Source of the DNA: a virus
Length of the DNA: 64,000 bases
IMG/VR virus record: IMGVR_UViG_3300010354_000065
Span: 1-64,000 of that record
Reading direction: 5' to 3' (one strand)
The translations under genes and the position numbers were made by a program. The notes beneath the pieces were generated by a model. The model ran no database searches, was not told the DNA's origin, and saw only the letters and a program-made list of their open reading frames with translations. Shown one piece after another: positions 29,849-40,087 of the stretch; the stretch's first letter is position 1, and each line of letters begins with the position of its first letter.

Positions 29849-31639
29849 TCAAAACTGCAGAATTAATTTGATGGTTTCTGACTGTGAACTCGATCGCGAA
29901 ATTGGTGACTCATTTTCCAAGTAAATTATTTCACCAGAATGTTTTACTAGATCAGGGGCGTATGCAAACAAAAGATTAGCGGTCGCGCTTGAGTTTACCC
30001 CGATAAGTGTGTTGCCTGTATTTAGAACACCCTTCACATGCGTAACATACAAGTTTGAGGATGTATTGCTGTGAAATACAGCATTGGCTAGTTGTAAATC
30101 AGTTTGATACACCGTCTCATCTTGCTGGAATGTTCCTGTTATAGGAAGGAACGTGTATCGATACCTTTGATCAAAGGTATTGAAATTTTTCACCTGACCG
30201 TTTATCTGATACGAACTAACAGTACCTGAAGCATTGGATGAAGCGCCGGAAACAATTTGTGAGGTTACAAATATACCATTTACATTTGTTAATGTAAGTG
30301 TACTGATTGTATCCCATTCTGTAACAACACCTGTTGCATTAGAAACGTTTTGAGACACTGTCTCGCCAATTGTAAATGAACCGCTTGGTGAAGAAAGTGT
30401 TAAAGCAACATTTGAAAATAAAGGATCTTTAAGAAGTCCTAATGTTCTATAATCATTTACAACGGGGATAGTACCTACTTCACTATTAGCAAATGTTACA
30501 CTTATACACAACGACGTACCAAGCAATTCATACTCTGGATTTGACCCATGACCACCTTTTGGACCCATATCAACTCGCAATATTGCAGCATTAGATGTGC
30601 CACCTGTATTACCAGTAACTGTTGCTGATGCCCACGTGTAGTTCCGACCACGGTTTATAATTTCTATGCGAGAAATTGTGTTTGCAGCTGATGTGTTTAC
30701 TATAGCACGTGCTTCTGCATGATCCCCATCACCATCTATAACTACTGCTGGTGTTATTTCATATGTCGTACCTGCATTTGGATTGGTTGCAAATGCGCTT
30801 GCAAGAACAATAGTCTTTGAACCGCCTATCACATAATAATCAACAATACGTCTACCTTGCCCTGCACCCGCACCCCCAGTGAGGTATATGTAACTTCCTG
30901 TGTAAAAATTGTTTGCAGAGGAAGCATTGTTAGCAATGTAGTATAAAGTGTCATCACCACCAATACGAACATCGTCTGATTCAAATGTTCCATTTAAAGA
31001 AGTGTTATAATTTGAACCACGATATGTTACGCCTATAACATCAATAGCACCCGCTACAGCATTACCTGTAACAGCAGAGTTAGCAAACACAGGAATCAGA
31101 TTCGCTGTCCCAAACTTTGAAAGATTTGAGTTTGTAATACTATACATATACTTCCATTGATATCCATCATTGGTAGCATAATATTCATCGTTGGCTGATG
31201 TTTGATTTATATCTGGTGCATTCACCGATACTGCGTTACCGTTATTATCCAAACATTTGAAAACGTGGTGTGAGGATCCTCCATCTACTACAACAAAATA
31301 TTGTTTTTCTGTTAAATCTTCATTACTTCTGTATGCAGCATATTGTGTGTTTGAAGTCCAATTATAACGTGGTATCATAACAGCTACATCGCTTGCTGCT
31401 ACTCGTTTACCAAAAACCATTTCTTCAAAAGGATCAGTGAGTGTGTTTTCTAAAGTATTTGACAGACTTGGTATAACACCATCGCCGCCCGTATAGGGTA
31501 CATGTCGTGCTGCAAAAACATAATAAACGCTATTCGCAGTCTCGTTAATAGACTCTTTGAACTGGTTTACGTTATGCAAACGAAAATAATTTGTAATTAA
31601 TTGTGTTGACATATTTCGCTTAGGTGTTTGAGGTTTCAA
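29849..31639 (-). CDS. gp8: Baseplate wedge subunit
   Basis: VFKCLDN, DGYQWKYMY, PKGGHG and SGEIIYLEN..PI.R..Q.E.IKLILQF motifs. Confidence 0.85.
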   Translation of the reverse strand: MKPQTPKRNMSTQLITNYFRLHNVNQFKESINETANSVYYVFAARHVPYTGGDGVIPSLSNTLENTLTDPFEEMVFGKRVAASDVAVMIPRYNWTSNTQYAAYRSNEDLTEKQYFVVVDGGSSHHVFKCLDNNGNAVSVNAPDINQTSANDEYYATNDGYQWKYMYSITNSNLSKFGTANLIPVFANSAVTGNAVAGAIDVIGVTYRGSNYNTSLNGTFESDDVRIGGDDTLYYIANNASSANNFYTGSYIYLTGGAGAGQGRRIVDYYVIGGSKTIVLASAFATNPNAGTTYEITPAVVIDGDGDHAEARAIVNTSAANTISRIEIINRGRNYTWASATVTGNTGGTSNAAILRVDMGPKGGHGSNPEYELLGTSLCISVTFANSEVGTIPVVNDYRTLGLLKDPLFSNVALTLSSPSGSFTIGETVSQNVSNATGVVTEWDTISTLTLTNVNGIFVTSQIVSGASSNASGTVSSYQINGQVKNFNTFDQRYRYTFLPITGTFQQDETVYQTDLQLANAVFHSNTSSNLYVTHVKGVLNTGNTLIGVNSSATANLLFAYAPDLVKHSGEIIYLENESPISRSSSQSETIKLILQF

Positions 31640-34600
31640 TGCTATTTATAGCAGTCATAGCAAGGTTTGCTAACGACAATGTGTTAACCTTGCCAAAAGC
31701 TCTTGTTCCTGCAACGTGTGTTATTTGTTTTAAAACATCAAAGTATCTGTCAAAAGGAACTTTTGTTTGTACTTCATAGCTATATTCCTGATAATACTCG
31801 TTGTCTTGTAGCTTTTTATCATCACTTATAAAACCTCTTGTTGATGAATAGTATCCTGCTCCCACCCCTTGTTGACCCAATTCCACAATAGCAGTAACAC
31901 TAAACACCGAACCCTCTTTTGTTAGAGTAACTGTTTCTTGATCAAGATATCCAAACCCTGAATCAGCAACAGCCAACTTTTTAACGACATTATTAGCAGT
32001 TTGCACATTAGCTTCTATGGCAGCATTGAGGCCGACAGGAATTGTGTTCGCATCCTCGACTATTGAAACAACATTGGCTGTTGTACCCGATGTTCTTCCT
32101 ATGATAGCATTGTTCAATAAGAACGTGTTTTCTAAGTTTATACGTTTTAACTTTAATACGCTAGAGTTAGCAGATTTAACTAACGCACGTGCCGTTGTAG
32201 CATATGTTGTAGTTGTTACGGCAGAAACGTTTGATGTAGAACCTGAAGATAAGCCTTTGAGCAGCGTGCTCGATCCTGTTGTATTAACAAATGTACCCGT
32301 TGTATTAATTAACTTTACGCTGCCGCTACCTGCACTTATAGCTGCTTCTTGAACAAAGCCAGAAGCCGTTGCAGTTGCAGGAGAAGTACCTTGATATACA
32401 AACTCATTAATAACAAACGTTGAAGTTGATATACCATTAGCAGCTGTTCCGGAGAAGGTATTAACAGTTAACTGTATAGCAGGATTACTATATGACTGTT
32501 GTATTTGTTCGCCAACAACAAAAGCACCCACCGTGTTAGAAACTTGCATAACATAATCACGTGCGTTATACCCAACAACAAACGTGTCAACAACAGTGAC
32601 GAACGGATCAACGTTGTATTCTGAACCCGGATTAACAGCCACAATTGAAGCAATAGAACCTATTGTCGTTGAATCAAATCTCAACGCATCAAGTAATATT
32701 GTATCTAATGAGGTACCAGGAAATTTGACAAATCCTAAACCTCTAAACATGGGCTCATTGTAACCAACGTTACTATAAGAAGAATTAGCTCCCGTAAGTA
32801 TTTTCAGTGGACCATATAAACGATGTCCTGTCTGAGTTAACCCTTTTGTTAATGCAACCCGTGATCCCGTATAGGAGGTCTTTAGTGCTACGTGAGTAGC
32901 ATTAGCCTGATCAATGTAGTAAACAGTATTGTTTGATAAACCACCGACAGCTGTATTACCTGAATCAGTGTAGTAAAGTACGGCTGTGTTTGGTACAAAG
33001 TCGATAGCGGTCGTGATTGCTATTGTATTATTAGAGCCAGTTACTCCGGCTCTTGTAAGAGAATGTCCAGTCTGTGTGAGTCCAGCTGTTATATTAATTG
33101 GCGCACCGCCAGAAGTTAATGATAACTGCAGCGTTGTCGATCCTGGTGTTGTGTTTATAACGTAATACGTAGATCCATTTGTCAACCCAGACACTGCTGT
33201 GTTTGTTGGATGAACAGCGTACGTAACAGTTTCGTTGTTACTAAATGGGTGTTTTGTTAGAAGAGTGATAACTTCTGTGGTGTTCGCAACACCGGTGTTT
33301 GCATTGAAGTAAATGGATGAGGGTAGTAATACACCTGTTCCACCCGTACCCCCTGTAACATCCGTATTGGCATTGAAAGTGGTGTTGGTCCCATACCCAC
33401 CAGCTGAGACGTTTGAACCTCTTCCATTCAACATTATCCCACTGAAAGCAACATTGCCTGTGTTACGACTTTCAATAAAGTCTGGTGATAATAACACGTT
33501 TTCCGTGTCAGTTAACAAACCAATCTGGAAACCTGCACCTGTACCGGTACTAACGTTAGCAACACGAGCATAAGTGTTCGAAACATCTCCGACAATGTAC
33601 GTGTATGGTGATCCTATAAATCCATTAACGCCTATATCAACAACACCTAAGAATCCTGTTGCATATGTAAATGTATGGCCATCTTCATTGCGATTGCTTG
33701 AAGATATGTTAACAGGAGTGCCATTTCTTGTCGTTGCTAGTTGAAATGTCGCTGCTGTAGTATTAACTACGTAATAGGGGCGACCATTTACTAGTCCGTC
33801 AATAGCCGAATTTCCTGTCGCAACGCTGTAACGAACAACATAGTTATTTTCAAACGTGTGATTGCTTATTGTGATTGTATCGTTTGTATTTGATACGTCT
33901 GTTTGAGCATTGAAGGAAAAAGACGTGTAGGTTGCGTTTGAACCTGTCGTGTTACCTGTAGCTGTTCTATCCGTATAACCACTAATAACAGCTGTGCCAT
34001 ATGTTTTGATTAAATCATGCCCGGTTTCATTGCCACCTCTTGTCATTGATATAGTAGCACCACCTGGTGTAGACGACAAATAAAGAGATGTAGACCCTTG
34101 CACCGTATTGACAACGTAATAAGCTACACCAATTTGTAGTTCAGCAATTGCTGTATTACCACTACGCACATGATAACGTACAAGATCGTTGTTACTGAAG
34201 TCATGAGCTTCAGTTGTGTTGATTCTGTTTCCACCAGATGTATACAATCCCGTATAAGAAAGTGTATAATTACCGGTAAAACCACCATAAACTCCAGTAA
34301 ATGAAGCTGTGAATCCACCTGTGAATGATGGCGTGTACGTGCCTGTGAAGGATCCGGTGAACAATCCAGCAAAAGCTTTCGTATAAGCATCGCGTGTGTA
34401 CACGCCTGTGAATGAATTATACGTTCCTGAAAAACTTGGAGCAAATGCTCCTGTAAATGACCCAGAGCTAGTAAATGTCGTTGTGAAAAACCCTGTATAA
34501 GTTGTGTTATAAGAGCCCGAAAAGCTTTGATTGAAAACACCTGTGAAGGTTGGTGTGAACGCACCTGTAAACGACTGAGAGAAGGTACCGGTAAAAAGAC

Positions 34601-37037
34601 GTGAATATCCACCAGTGAAAGCTCCGTATACCCCCGTAAACGTTCCCGTAAACGTCCTGCTAAAACCTCCTGTAAACGTTTGCGAATATGAAGCATTGAA
34701 CGTACCTGTGTAGAGATTATTATAAGTTCCCGAGAACACATTGTACAGACCTGTATATTGGCTTGTAAATACCTTTGTGTAATCTCCAGTAAACACCTGT
34801 GAGAAAGTACCTGTCCACTCATTGGTAAACGTACTACTATAATTTCCAACATATACGGCACTATACGTGCCTGTCCAAGCTGATGTATATGAGTTAGTAT
34901 ACACAGAAGAGAAGGTAGTACCAAGATTATACGTTCCTGCGTATGTACTTGTATATGCAGAGGTAAAGGTACCCGTGTAGTTACCGGTAAAGGTTTGTAA
35001 ATACGCACCCGTGAATCCCTGACCTATGAAATATGATACACCACCTGTGTAAGGAGAAGGGGTTCCTGTAAAAACAGGATAATTTAAATATGAACCGCTG
35101 TAGGTCGTTGTATATACTGCAGAAATGTATTCTTTGACATTGAATGCGCCGGTAAACACACCATAAGAAACACCGCTGTACGGGTTAACGTACGACCCCG
35201 GATAAGTGCCCTGATAGCTTCCTACAAACGATCCCGTAAAGTACCCAGCATAATAACCGACATACGCTACACCATTGAAAGGGCTAACGCGTGAGCCTGT
35301 AAAATGACTCACATATGCACCAGCGTACGTTCCTTGATATGTTCCTACAAATATACCGGGAACTGCTGATCCTGTGAAACTTTTTGTAAACGGTGCTGGG
35401 CCTGCATATGATGCACCTGTATAAGGATGCACGTAATTGATTGCTGAAGGAGCATACGCTCCTGTGTAAGAATTTACATAAAGACCTAAAAACCCAGCTG
35501 TTGTATATGTGCCAGTATATGCACCCGTGTAGGCCAATCCTGAATATGGAACAGAACCATAACTTCCTACAAAATTACGGGTGAAATTTGAAATACCGCT
35601 CGTTGTAAAGGCTCGAGAAAATATACGTGAAAACGATCCACCGTAAGTAGATGAATACACTCCGGAAAATGAACCAGAAGCAAAACTTGCCGTCCACGCT
35701 CCTGTGTATGTACCACCATATGTTGCTGTATATAAATTACCATAAGCACCGGAGAAGTTACCTGTGTAAATATTACTAAAATAATTAGTAAAGTTGCCTG
35801 TGTAGGCACCGGTGTATACTTTAGAGTAAGATGCAGTGAAGGTGTTGTATGCAAATCCAACTAAAGAAGCATTGAATGATGATACATCCGGATCTTCTGA
35901 ACGGATAGCAAATGTTGTATCCTGTGCTGCAATGTTCCCAACATTCGGAACAACAATTAAATACCCAGTCGTATTTGTTGTCTTGTTTGAGACAGCTATT
36001 GTAGCGTTCGCAACAACGCTTCCGTTAGCTGCATAGTTTTCTACAACAGCACCTGCATCAAAAAAGAAGTTATTTCCTTTTGCGGATATGTAAGCAATGT
36101 TCGTTAACGGCTGAGTTACTGTCTCAAATTGGCTAAACGTGTTTATAGAACCATTGCCATTAATGATATTCGTTAATGTTAAAACTTTTTCTGAAACAAT
36201 AACATTAGCGTGGTCTATACTGTATCCCCAACCACCACTCGTCAAAGCATTAATATAAATGAACGATACTTTACCTGTCTCATTTGAAACTTCTGTAACG
36301 CGTGCTTTTCCTTGTTTACCGTTAGAAGACGATACACTAAAAATATCTCCAACAGCAAATTCAGCACCGCCATCAAGCACCGTTAGAGATGTCATTGATC
36401 CAATAACAGTTGGGGCATTTTCAAACGTTGTGTCTGCTGTTGATGTTATTAGTTCGCCAGTTTGAAATTTACCACGTAGATTACTTAAATAGGCTACTTG
36501 CTGATACTTACCAGCAATACGACGAGTTACAAGACTTTCTAGAAAGGCTTTTGCTCCGCTTCGGGATCCAACTATTTCTTTGCCTACAAACGCTTGAGTG
36601 CGTTCACTAACAGTCAGCTCAAGGTAAATTGGTTTGACCCATGTACCATCAGAACTCTTAAAAATATCCTCACCAGGAAAAGTAACTGTTGCTTCTTCGT
36701 TGAACAGACCTTGAATTAAAAGCTGAACACCGCGCTCTGTGCCTTTTGATTTGTAAATATCAGAAGCATGCTTGATTAAAAACTGAGAGTTTGCTTCTGA
36801 ACTTAGAGGAACTCCCGCAAGATATTTGTTTGTAAAATACTTTACAAAATCAGGCGAGGTTGCATCAATATTTCTATAGTCTAGTAAGTTTCTGGAAGCG
36901 TTTAAAGCTTCTCCCTCAGACTCCATCCACCTGTAATATTCTTTAACAAAACTAACAAAGCGAGGACCTTCATCCCTATAAAAATCAGGGAAGTGGGCTT
37001 CAACTAAAGGGAAAACTAATTCTTCTATTTGTTTCAT
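31620..37037 (-). CDS. gp7: Baseplate wedge initiator-like protein with an inserted aromatic-x-Gly repeat and four beta-modules
   Basis: PDFYRDEGPRFV.FVKEYY.WME, YKSKGT and LQDNEYYQEYSYEV..HVAG motifs; lies between gp6 and gp8. Confidence 0.75.
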   Translation of the reverse strand: MKQIEELVFPLVEAHFPDFYRDEGPRFVSFVKEYYRWMESEGEALNASRNLLDYRNIDATSPDFVKYFTNKYLAGVPLSSEANSQFLIKHASDIYKSKGTERGVQLLIQGLFNEEATVTFPGEDIFKSSDGTWVKPIYLELTVSERTQAFVGKEIVGSRSGAKAFLESLVTRRIAGKYQQVAYLSNLRGKFQTGELITSTADTTFENAPTVIGSMTSLTVLDGGAEFAVGDIFSVSSSNGKQGKARVTEVSNETGKVSFIYINALTSGGWGYSIDHANVIVSEKVLTLTNIINGNGSINTFSQFETVTQPLTNIAYISAKGNNFFFDAGAVVENYAANGSVVANATIAVSNKTTNTTGYLIVVPNVGNIAAQDTTFAIRSEDPDVSSFNASLVGFAYNTFTASYSKVYTGAYTGNFTNYFSNIYTGNFSGAYGNLYTATYGGTYTGAWTASFASGSFSGVYSSTYGGSFSRIFSRAFTTSGISNFTRNFVGSYGSVPYSGLAYTGAYTGTYTTAGFLGLYVNSYTGAYAPSAINYVHPYTGASYAGPAPFTKSFTGSAVPGIFVGTYQGTYAGAYVSHFTGSRVSPFNGVAYVGYYAGYFTGSFVGSYQGTYPGSYVNPYSGVSYGVFTGAFNVKEYISAVYTTTYSGSYLNYPVFTGTPSPYTGGVSYFIGQGFTGAYLQTFTGNYTGTFTSAYTSTYAGTYNLGTTFSSVYTNSYTSAWTGTYSAVYVGNYSSTFTNEWTGTFSQVFTGDYTKVFTSQYTGLYNVFSGTYNNLYTGTFNASYSQTFTGGFSRTFTGTFTGVYGAFTGGYSRLFTGTFSQSFTGAFTPTFTGVFNQSFSGSYNTTYTGFFTTTFTSSGSFTGAFAPSFSGTYNSFTGVYTRDAYTKAFAGLFTGSFTGTYTPSFTGGFTASFTGVYGGFTGNYTLSYTGLYTSGGNRINTTEAHDFSNNDLVRYHVRSGNTAIAELQIGVAYYVVNTVQGSTSLYLSSTPGGATISMTRGGNETGHDLIKTYGTAVISGYTDRTATGNTTGSNATYTSFSFNAQTDVSNTNDTITISNHTFENNYVVRYSVATGNSAIDGLVNGRPYYVVNTTAATFQLATTRNGTPVNISSSNRNEDGHTFTYATGFLGVVDIGVNGFIGSPYTYIVGDVSNTYARVANVSTGTGAGFQIGLLTDTENVLLSPDFIESRNTGNVAFSGIMLNGRGSNVSAGGYGTNTTFNANTDVTGGTGGTGVLLPSSIYFNANTGVANTTEVITLLTKHPFSNNETVTYAVHPTNTAVSGLTNGSTYYVINTTPGSTTLQLSLTSGGAPINITAGLTQTGHSLTRAGVTGSNNTIAITTAIDFVPNTAVLYYTDSGNTAVGGLSNNTVYYIDQANATHVALKTSYTGSRVALTKGLTQTGHRLYGPLKILTGANSSYSNVGYNEPMFRGLGFVKFPGTSLDTILLDALRFDSTTIGSIASIVAVNPGSEYNVDPFVTVVDTFVVGYNARDYVMQVSNTVGAFVVGEQIQQSYSNPAIQLTVNTFSGTAANGISTSTFVINEFVYQGTSPATATASGFVQEAAISAGSGSVKLINTTGTFVNTTGSSTLLKGLSSGSTSNVSAVTTTTYATTARALVKSANSSVLKLKRINLENTFLLNNAIIGRTSGTTANVVSIVEDANTIPVGLNAAIEANVQTANNVVKKLAVADSGFGYLDQETVTLTKEGSVFSVTAIVELGQQGVGAGYYSSTRGFISDDKKLQDNEYYQEYSYEVQTKVPFDRYFDVLKQITHVAGTRAFGKVNTLSLANLAMTAINSIETSNT

Positions 37038-38821
37038 TCTTTGACACCAACAGCTGTAACAACCACATCCAGCGGGTCAATAGCCAGTATTGTATTTGTT
37101 TTACTTTGTATGTTTTTTGAACTTGTCTTAAAACGAAGCTCAATATAATTACCCTCATAAGCACTTATATTGAAAGAATCACTTACTGTTAATTGACCTG
37201 TTTCGTAGTTTATACTGCCAACAGATTTCAGTACACGTATGGTCAGAGCCTCTTGTAGTGCAATGTAAACGCTTCCTAGAGAATCATCAATCAGAACACA
37301 CCTTGAGCCATCATAAGTGAACGATGAGCTCGTGAGAGTGTGTCCAAAATGGGTTTCTGATGTGGTTAACTTTTTACCTGTCTCTGTTTGCAATTTGTTA
37401 CTAACAGTTGTTGTGAAAGGATATCCCTCATTTAACCTAGGCGTAATACGTTTAATAAGTGTCAATTCCGTGTCATTGCTTACTACGCTTGCGTCTGAGG
37501 CATCAATTGCTTTGACGAGGTTACTGTAATGTAAAGTCTTTTTGAAATCAGATAAGTTTTGTTGGTTGAAACCACTGATGGCTGCTTTAGCGCTTGTTTC
37601 TATATCACTTGATGTTTTGTTCGTAATATTTGTGTTGAAATAAACAGTTGTTTGTACATCAACATAGAGGAATTCAGGATCGACAAACACCACTTGCATA
37701 CTCAATGGTGTTTTATCTTTAATGTAGTTATGGTAAGCCTGTTTACGTAACTCCGGAGCTCCATCAGCTTCAGCTACATCAACACAAACAAACACTTTAC
37801 CATATTGAGGAGGCGTAGCTTCCTCACCACCATACACACTTATTGCTTGAATATCCGAAAACTGTGCTTTTAATAACGTCTCATAATCTGAAGCGGTAAC
37901 CGCTCTGTTTTGTGATTGAAATGAACGAGGTGCGTTATATCTAATAGATTCTGTAGTCTCAGCTACAGAACCTCCACTAGCAGAAGTAACTGTTGTCACC
38001 GACACATTAGAGTGTCCATCTATTGGACCATCTTCTTGAAACACTCTTGCTCCGTTTGGTAGTTCACCTGAGCATGCACGATATTTCACAACAACAGTAG
38101 ACCCGTCTTTCGGACGTCTGCCGAAAACATTATCACCAAAAATTATTTCATATTGTTGATTTTGTGCTGCTTGTAAAAAGAATACTCGTGATGATTCTGT
38201 AATATTATACAGTTGCGAAGCAAATGTGTATGTTAAAGTAGTCTGACCACCATCCTCGTACACAGTGACATCAAGAGAAGAAGTATCAATAGTTGGATTT
38301 GATAATACAAATCGCTGTGAGGTGTTTGAATAATTTAAAACAAAAGCTTCTGTTTTTATTGCGCCTTCATAAACATCCATTGTCTGTACAAAACTTGCTC
38401 CGTTTGCGGAAAGTACGTACGATTCGTTTGTGACGAAGGTATAATTATTTGAACCCACTCGTGAGCTAAAAGATGTATACTTTGGAACATACACCGAAGC
38501 AGCACCTGAAGATGGCGTAACATTTATTGTTATTGTTGCTTTAGCCGAGTTAAACGAGCGTGGTGTATAGTTTAATTCTTTCGCATGAGAAACAACGCTG
38601 TCCCGGAGCTGGGCCGTGTCCAAAAACATCTCACTTGCTACCATATTAGTGTAGAAAGCATTTAAATATGCATTGTATGCGAGGACGTCTAACAACACAT
38701 TCATATTAGACCCTTCATAATTCAGGTCTTTGAACTGTGTGTTATTTTTTAAGAATGTTTTTAGATTGTTTTTTAGACTTGCAAAATCTAAACCAACCAA
38801 GTCTATGTTTGTGTTGGCCAT
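37034..38821 (-). CDS. gp6: Baseplate wedge subunit
   Basis: LDF..LKNNLK.FL, EGSNMNVLLDVLAYN, NRAVTASDY and PPQYGKVF motifs. Confidence 0.95.
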   Translation of the reverse strand: MANTNIDLVGLDFASLKNNLKTFLKNNTQFKDLNYEGSNMNVLLDVLAYNAYLNAFYTNMVASEMFLDTAQLRDSVVSHAKELNYTPRSFNSAKATITINVTPSSGAASVYVPKYTSFSSRVGSNNYTFVTNESYVLSANGASFVQTMDVYEGAIKTEAFVLNYSNTSQRFVLSNPTIDTSSLDVTVYEDGGQTTLTYTFASQLYNITESSRVFFLQAAQNQQYEIIFGDNVFGRRPKDGSTVVVKYRACSGELPNGARVFQEDGPIDGHSNVSVTTVTSASGGSVAETTESIRYNAPRSFQSQNRAVTASDYETLLKAQFSDIQAISVYGGEEATPPQYGKVFVCVDVAEADGAPELRKQAYHNYIKDKTPLSMQVVFVDPEFLYVDVQTTVYFNTNITNKTSSDIETSAKAAISGFNQQNLSDFKKTLHYSNLVKAIDASDASVVSNDTELTLIKRITPRLNEGYPFTTTVSNKLQTETGKKLTTSETHFGHTLTSSSFTYDGSRCVLIDDSLGSVYIALQEALTIRVLKSVGSINYETGQLTVSDSFNISAYEGNYIELRFKTSSKNIQSKTNTILAIDPLDVVVTAVGVKE

Positions 38822-39249
38822 TATCGGATCCTATTTAAAACTAGCTCAAGAACAACGGGCTCGGAATTATTTATTACACGGAAAACTATAGTTACATATG
38901 CCTGATGCTCATCGACCTCAAGGTTTGTTATAACATCTAAAACGTTTGCTCGGGGTTCGTAGTTCTCAATGGTTTTTTTAACGTAGTCAGATACTATTTG
39001 CTCTGTCGCCGGTCCAGCATTCTCAAACAACAAAGCTCTTATGTCGCTTCCTAACGAATTATTAAAGAGGCGGTCTCCTCTATTTGTTAACAAAAGATTA
39101 CGGATAGAACTCTTCACAGCATCCTCGTTTACAAGACGAGCTATGTCTCGTGTTGTTTCATAAGAAACAAAATCAGTAAAAAAGTCAGAATATAATTCTT
39201 GTTTTAACCTTATAGGGGTAAATGCTTGTTTTTGAGTAACTAACGCCAT
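38821..39249 (-). CDS. gp25: Baseplate wedge / sheath initiator
   Basis: AVKSSIRNLLLT..G.R.F...LGS and IENYEPR motifs. Confidence 0.92.
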   Translation of the reverse strand: MALVTQKQAFTPIRLKQELYSDFFTDFVSYETTRDIARLVNEDAVKSSIRNLLLTNRGDRLFNNSLGSDIRALLFENAGPATEQIVSDYVKKTIENYEPRANVLDVITNLEVDEHQAYVTIVFRVINNSEPVVLELVLNRIR

Positions 39250-39264
39250 TACTTTTCCTTACTG

Positions 39265-40086
39265 TTAACCTGAAGGACCGCCTGTTGAACTGGGTCCACC
39301 CTGTACGCCTGTGTGGGTGTGAGTAGACAGTCCCACTCCTGCCCCAGTTATTGTTCCTGATGCTGTTATGCTTGATGGTGTTGTTATACTACCTGACACT
39401 TTCAGTTGTCCGTTAATTTGCACTATTGGTGTTGTTATAGTTACCGATTGTGGCGAAGTTACAGATATAGAACCACGTGCTTCAATATTAATATTGCCTT
39501 GTACAAAAAGCGTTTTATCTTTCACTACTATTTCGAAATCATCTCCAACGATTTTGCTTACTTTCCTACCATCTACGTTAATCTCTTCATACGTTCCAGA
39601 GCGATGATAGTTATGAATACGCTGTGCGTTGGGTGTATCATCTACCTCAAACACATGCCCAGATTCTGTTCTTACAACCTTATTGTAAGGAAATTTGGCT
39701 GCAAATGCTGAAGGTGGCTCTGGTCCAGTCTGTTCTTTATTTATTAACGGCTGATCAGATGCAAGTTGTGGAATATCTCCGATCCCTGGAATTGATCCAA
39801 ATATAACAGGTATATTTGCTTCACGGCCGTCTAAGAAAAACCCTAAAACAGTTGACCCCACTGCTAATCCTGTTGCAGATATACCAACTTGCTTTAGGCT
39901 TGCACTAATAGGCGGTAAAATGACAGTCGCCCAGGGCAAATTCTCTGTTGGAGCATTTGCTTTGTTTTCATCATGGAGATTGTAAACCCTAACACGAACT
40001 CTGCCTCTTTTTTCAGGATCGTCACGGTCTTCAACTATACCAATAAACCACTTGAAACCCTCTTCACCTATAATTTTTGTTGTCAT
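39265..40086 (-). CDS. gp5: Baseplate central spike (OB-fold plus beta-helix, no lysozyme domain)
   Basis: WFIGIVEDRDDP..GRVRVR, PYNKV..TESGHVFEVDDTP..RI and C-terminal HTH motifs. Confidence 0.9.
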   Translation of the reverse strand: MTTKIIGEEGFKWFIGIVEDRDDPEKRGRVRVRVYNLHDENKANAPTENLPWATVILPPISASLKQVGISATGLAVGSTVLGFFLDGREANIPVIFGSIPGIGDIPQLASDQPLINKEQTGPEPPSAFAAKFPYNKVVRTESGHVFEVDDTPNAQRIHNYHRSGTYEEINVDGRKVSKIVGDDFEIVVKDKTLFVQGNINIEARGSISVTSPQSVTITTPIVQINGQLKVSGSITTPSSITASGTITGAGVGLSTHTHTGVQGGPSSTGGPSG

Positions 40087-40087
40087 C

